A DNA stretch of 64,000 nt, taken from the NCBI GenBank assembly GCA_965247095.1, contig OZ251997.1, positions 832,001 through 896,000 of the forward strand. The letters are read 5' to 3'. Both the position numbers and the translations under genes were made by a program. The stretch's first letter is position 1. Every line of letters starts with the position of its first letter. This stretch comes from Candidatus Multivorans sp. (GTDB lineage Bacteria > Acidobacteriota > Thermoanaerobaculia > Multivoradales > Multivoraceae). This document shows positions 63,412 to 64,000 of this stretch, piece after piece. A model generated the notes under the pieces. The model worked only from the letters and a program-made list of their open reading frames with translations, was not told the origin of the DNA and made no database searches.

Positions 63412-64000
63412 ATGGAGACCAGGGTGGGGCGCAAACCGAGGTGGCGGCTGGCGGCGGTTCTGGCCGCGTCGACTCTGCTCCTGGCCTCCCTGCTGCCGGC
63501 CCAGTGGTGGCGCCGGGCGCCGGCGCGCTACCCGGAGGAGGGCCGCCAGTACCTGGAGGGGTTCGTCTTCTGCCGCGGCCAGTACCGGCAGGTGGTCGAC
63601 GAGTGGCTGGGACAGGGCTGGTTCACCGACTACCCCGACTCCGAGTACAACTTCATGACCCGGCTGTCCCAGTTGACGACGGTCGAGATCCAGCGCACGG
63701 CCTACGGCGATCCGGAACACCTGGTGCTGACCCTGGACGATCCCCGGCTGTTCGAGTTTCCCTTTCTCTTCATGTCGGACGTGGGCACGATCGGGCTCAA
63801 CGACGTCGAGGCGGGGAATCTGAGACGGTACCTGTTGGCCGGAGGCTTCCTGTACGTCGACGACTTCTGGGGGCCACGGGCCTGGGAGCACTGGTCGCGG
63901 CAGATCGGCCGGGTCTTGCCGCCGAGCGACTACCCGATCGTTGACATCCCGGTAACCCACCCGATCTTCAGGACCTTCTTTACTGTGGACGAGGTTCCCC
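63412..64000 (+). CDS. DUF4159 domain protein (partial, runs off the window)
   Basis: Open frame from ATG 63412: WFTDYPDSEYNF...LDDPRLFEFPFLFM...LRRYLLAGGFLYVDDFWG...HPIF. Confidence 0.85.
   Translation, partial: METRVGRKPRWRLAAVLAASTLLLASLLPAQWWRRAPARYPEEGRQYLEGFVFCRGQYRQVVDEWLGQGWFTDYPDSEYNFMTRLSQLTTVEIQRTAYGDPEHLVLTLDDPRLFEFPFLFMSDVGTIGLNDVEAGNLRRYLLAGGFLYVDDFWGPRAWEHWSRQIGRVLPPSDYPIVDIPVTHPIFRTFFTVDEVP

Overview
High-GC bacterial chromosome segment. Gene content suggests an Acidobacteriota-like organism (inference from VWA proteins, a carboxypeptidase-regulatory-domain TonB receptor, CRTAC1/ASPIC-UnbV, DUF1501/PSD1 and DUF4159 genes). The main feature is a ~21.5 kb single-strand anti-phage island (7671-29108). 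It holds a complete type 1 BREX (brxA-brxB-brxC-pglX-pglZ-brxL) with two nested cargo modules and a trailing PsyrTA/RqlHI-like pair (RecQ-PRTase + DprA). The first module is an ABC-ATPase + DUF4276 pair between brxC and pglX. The second is a translationally coupled HEPN-like + ParA/MinD (KGGVGR) + second P-loop ATPase trio between pglX and pglZ, which I cannot assign to a named system and consider the best candidate for an undescribed one. pglX carries an in-frame G9 tract, a possible phase-variation switch. The island begins directly behind a Phd antitoxin whose VapC toxin is truncated. The rest of the window is metabolic and envelope genes, a modular multi-hairpin REP/MITE repeat family (two 153-bp copies, plus copies read in frame inside proteins) and many deletion-derived gene remnants. 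All calls come from reading motifs by eye; no searches were run.
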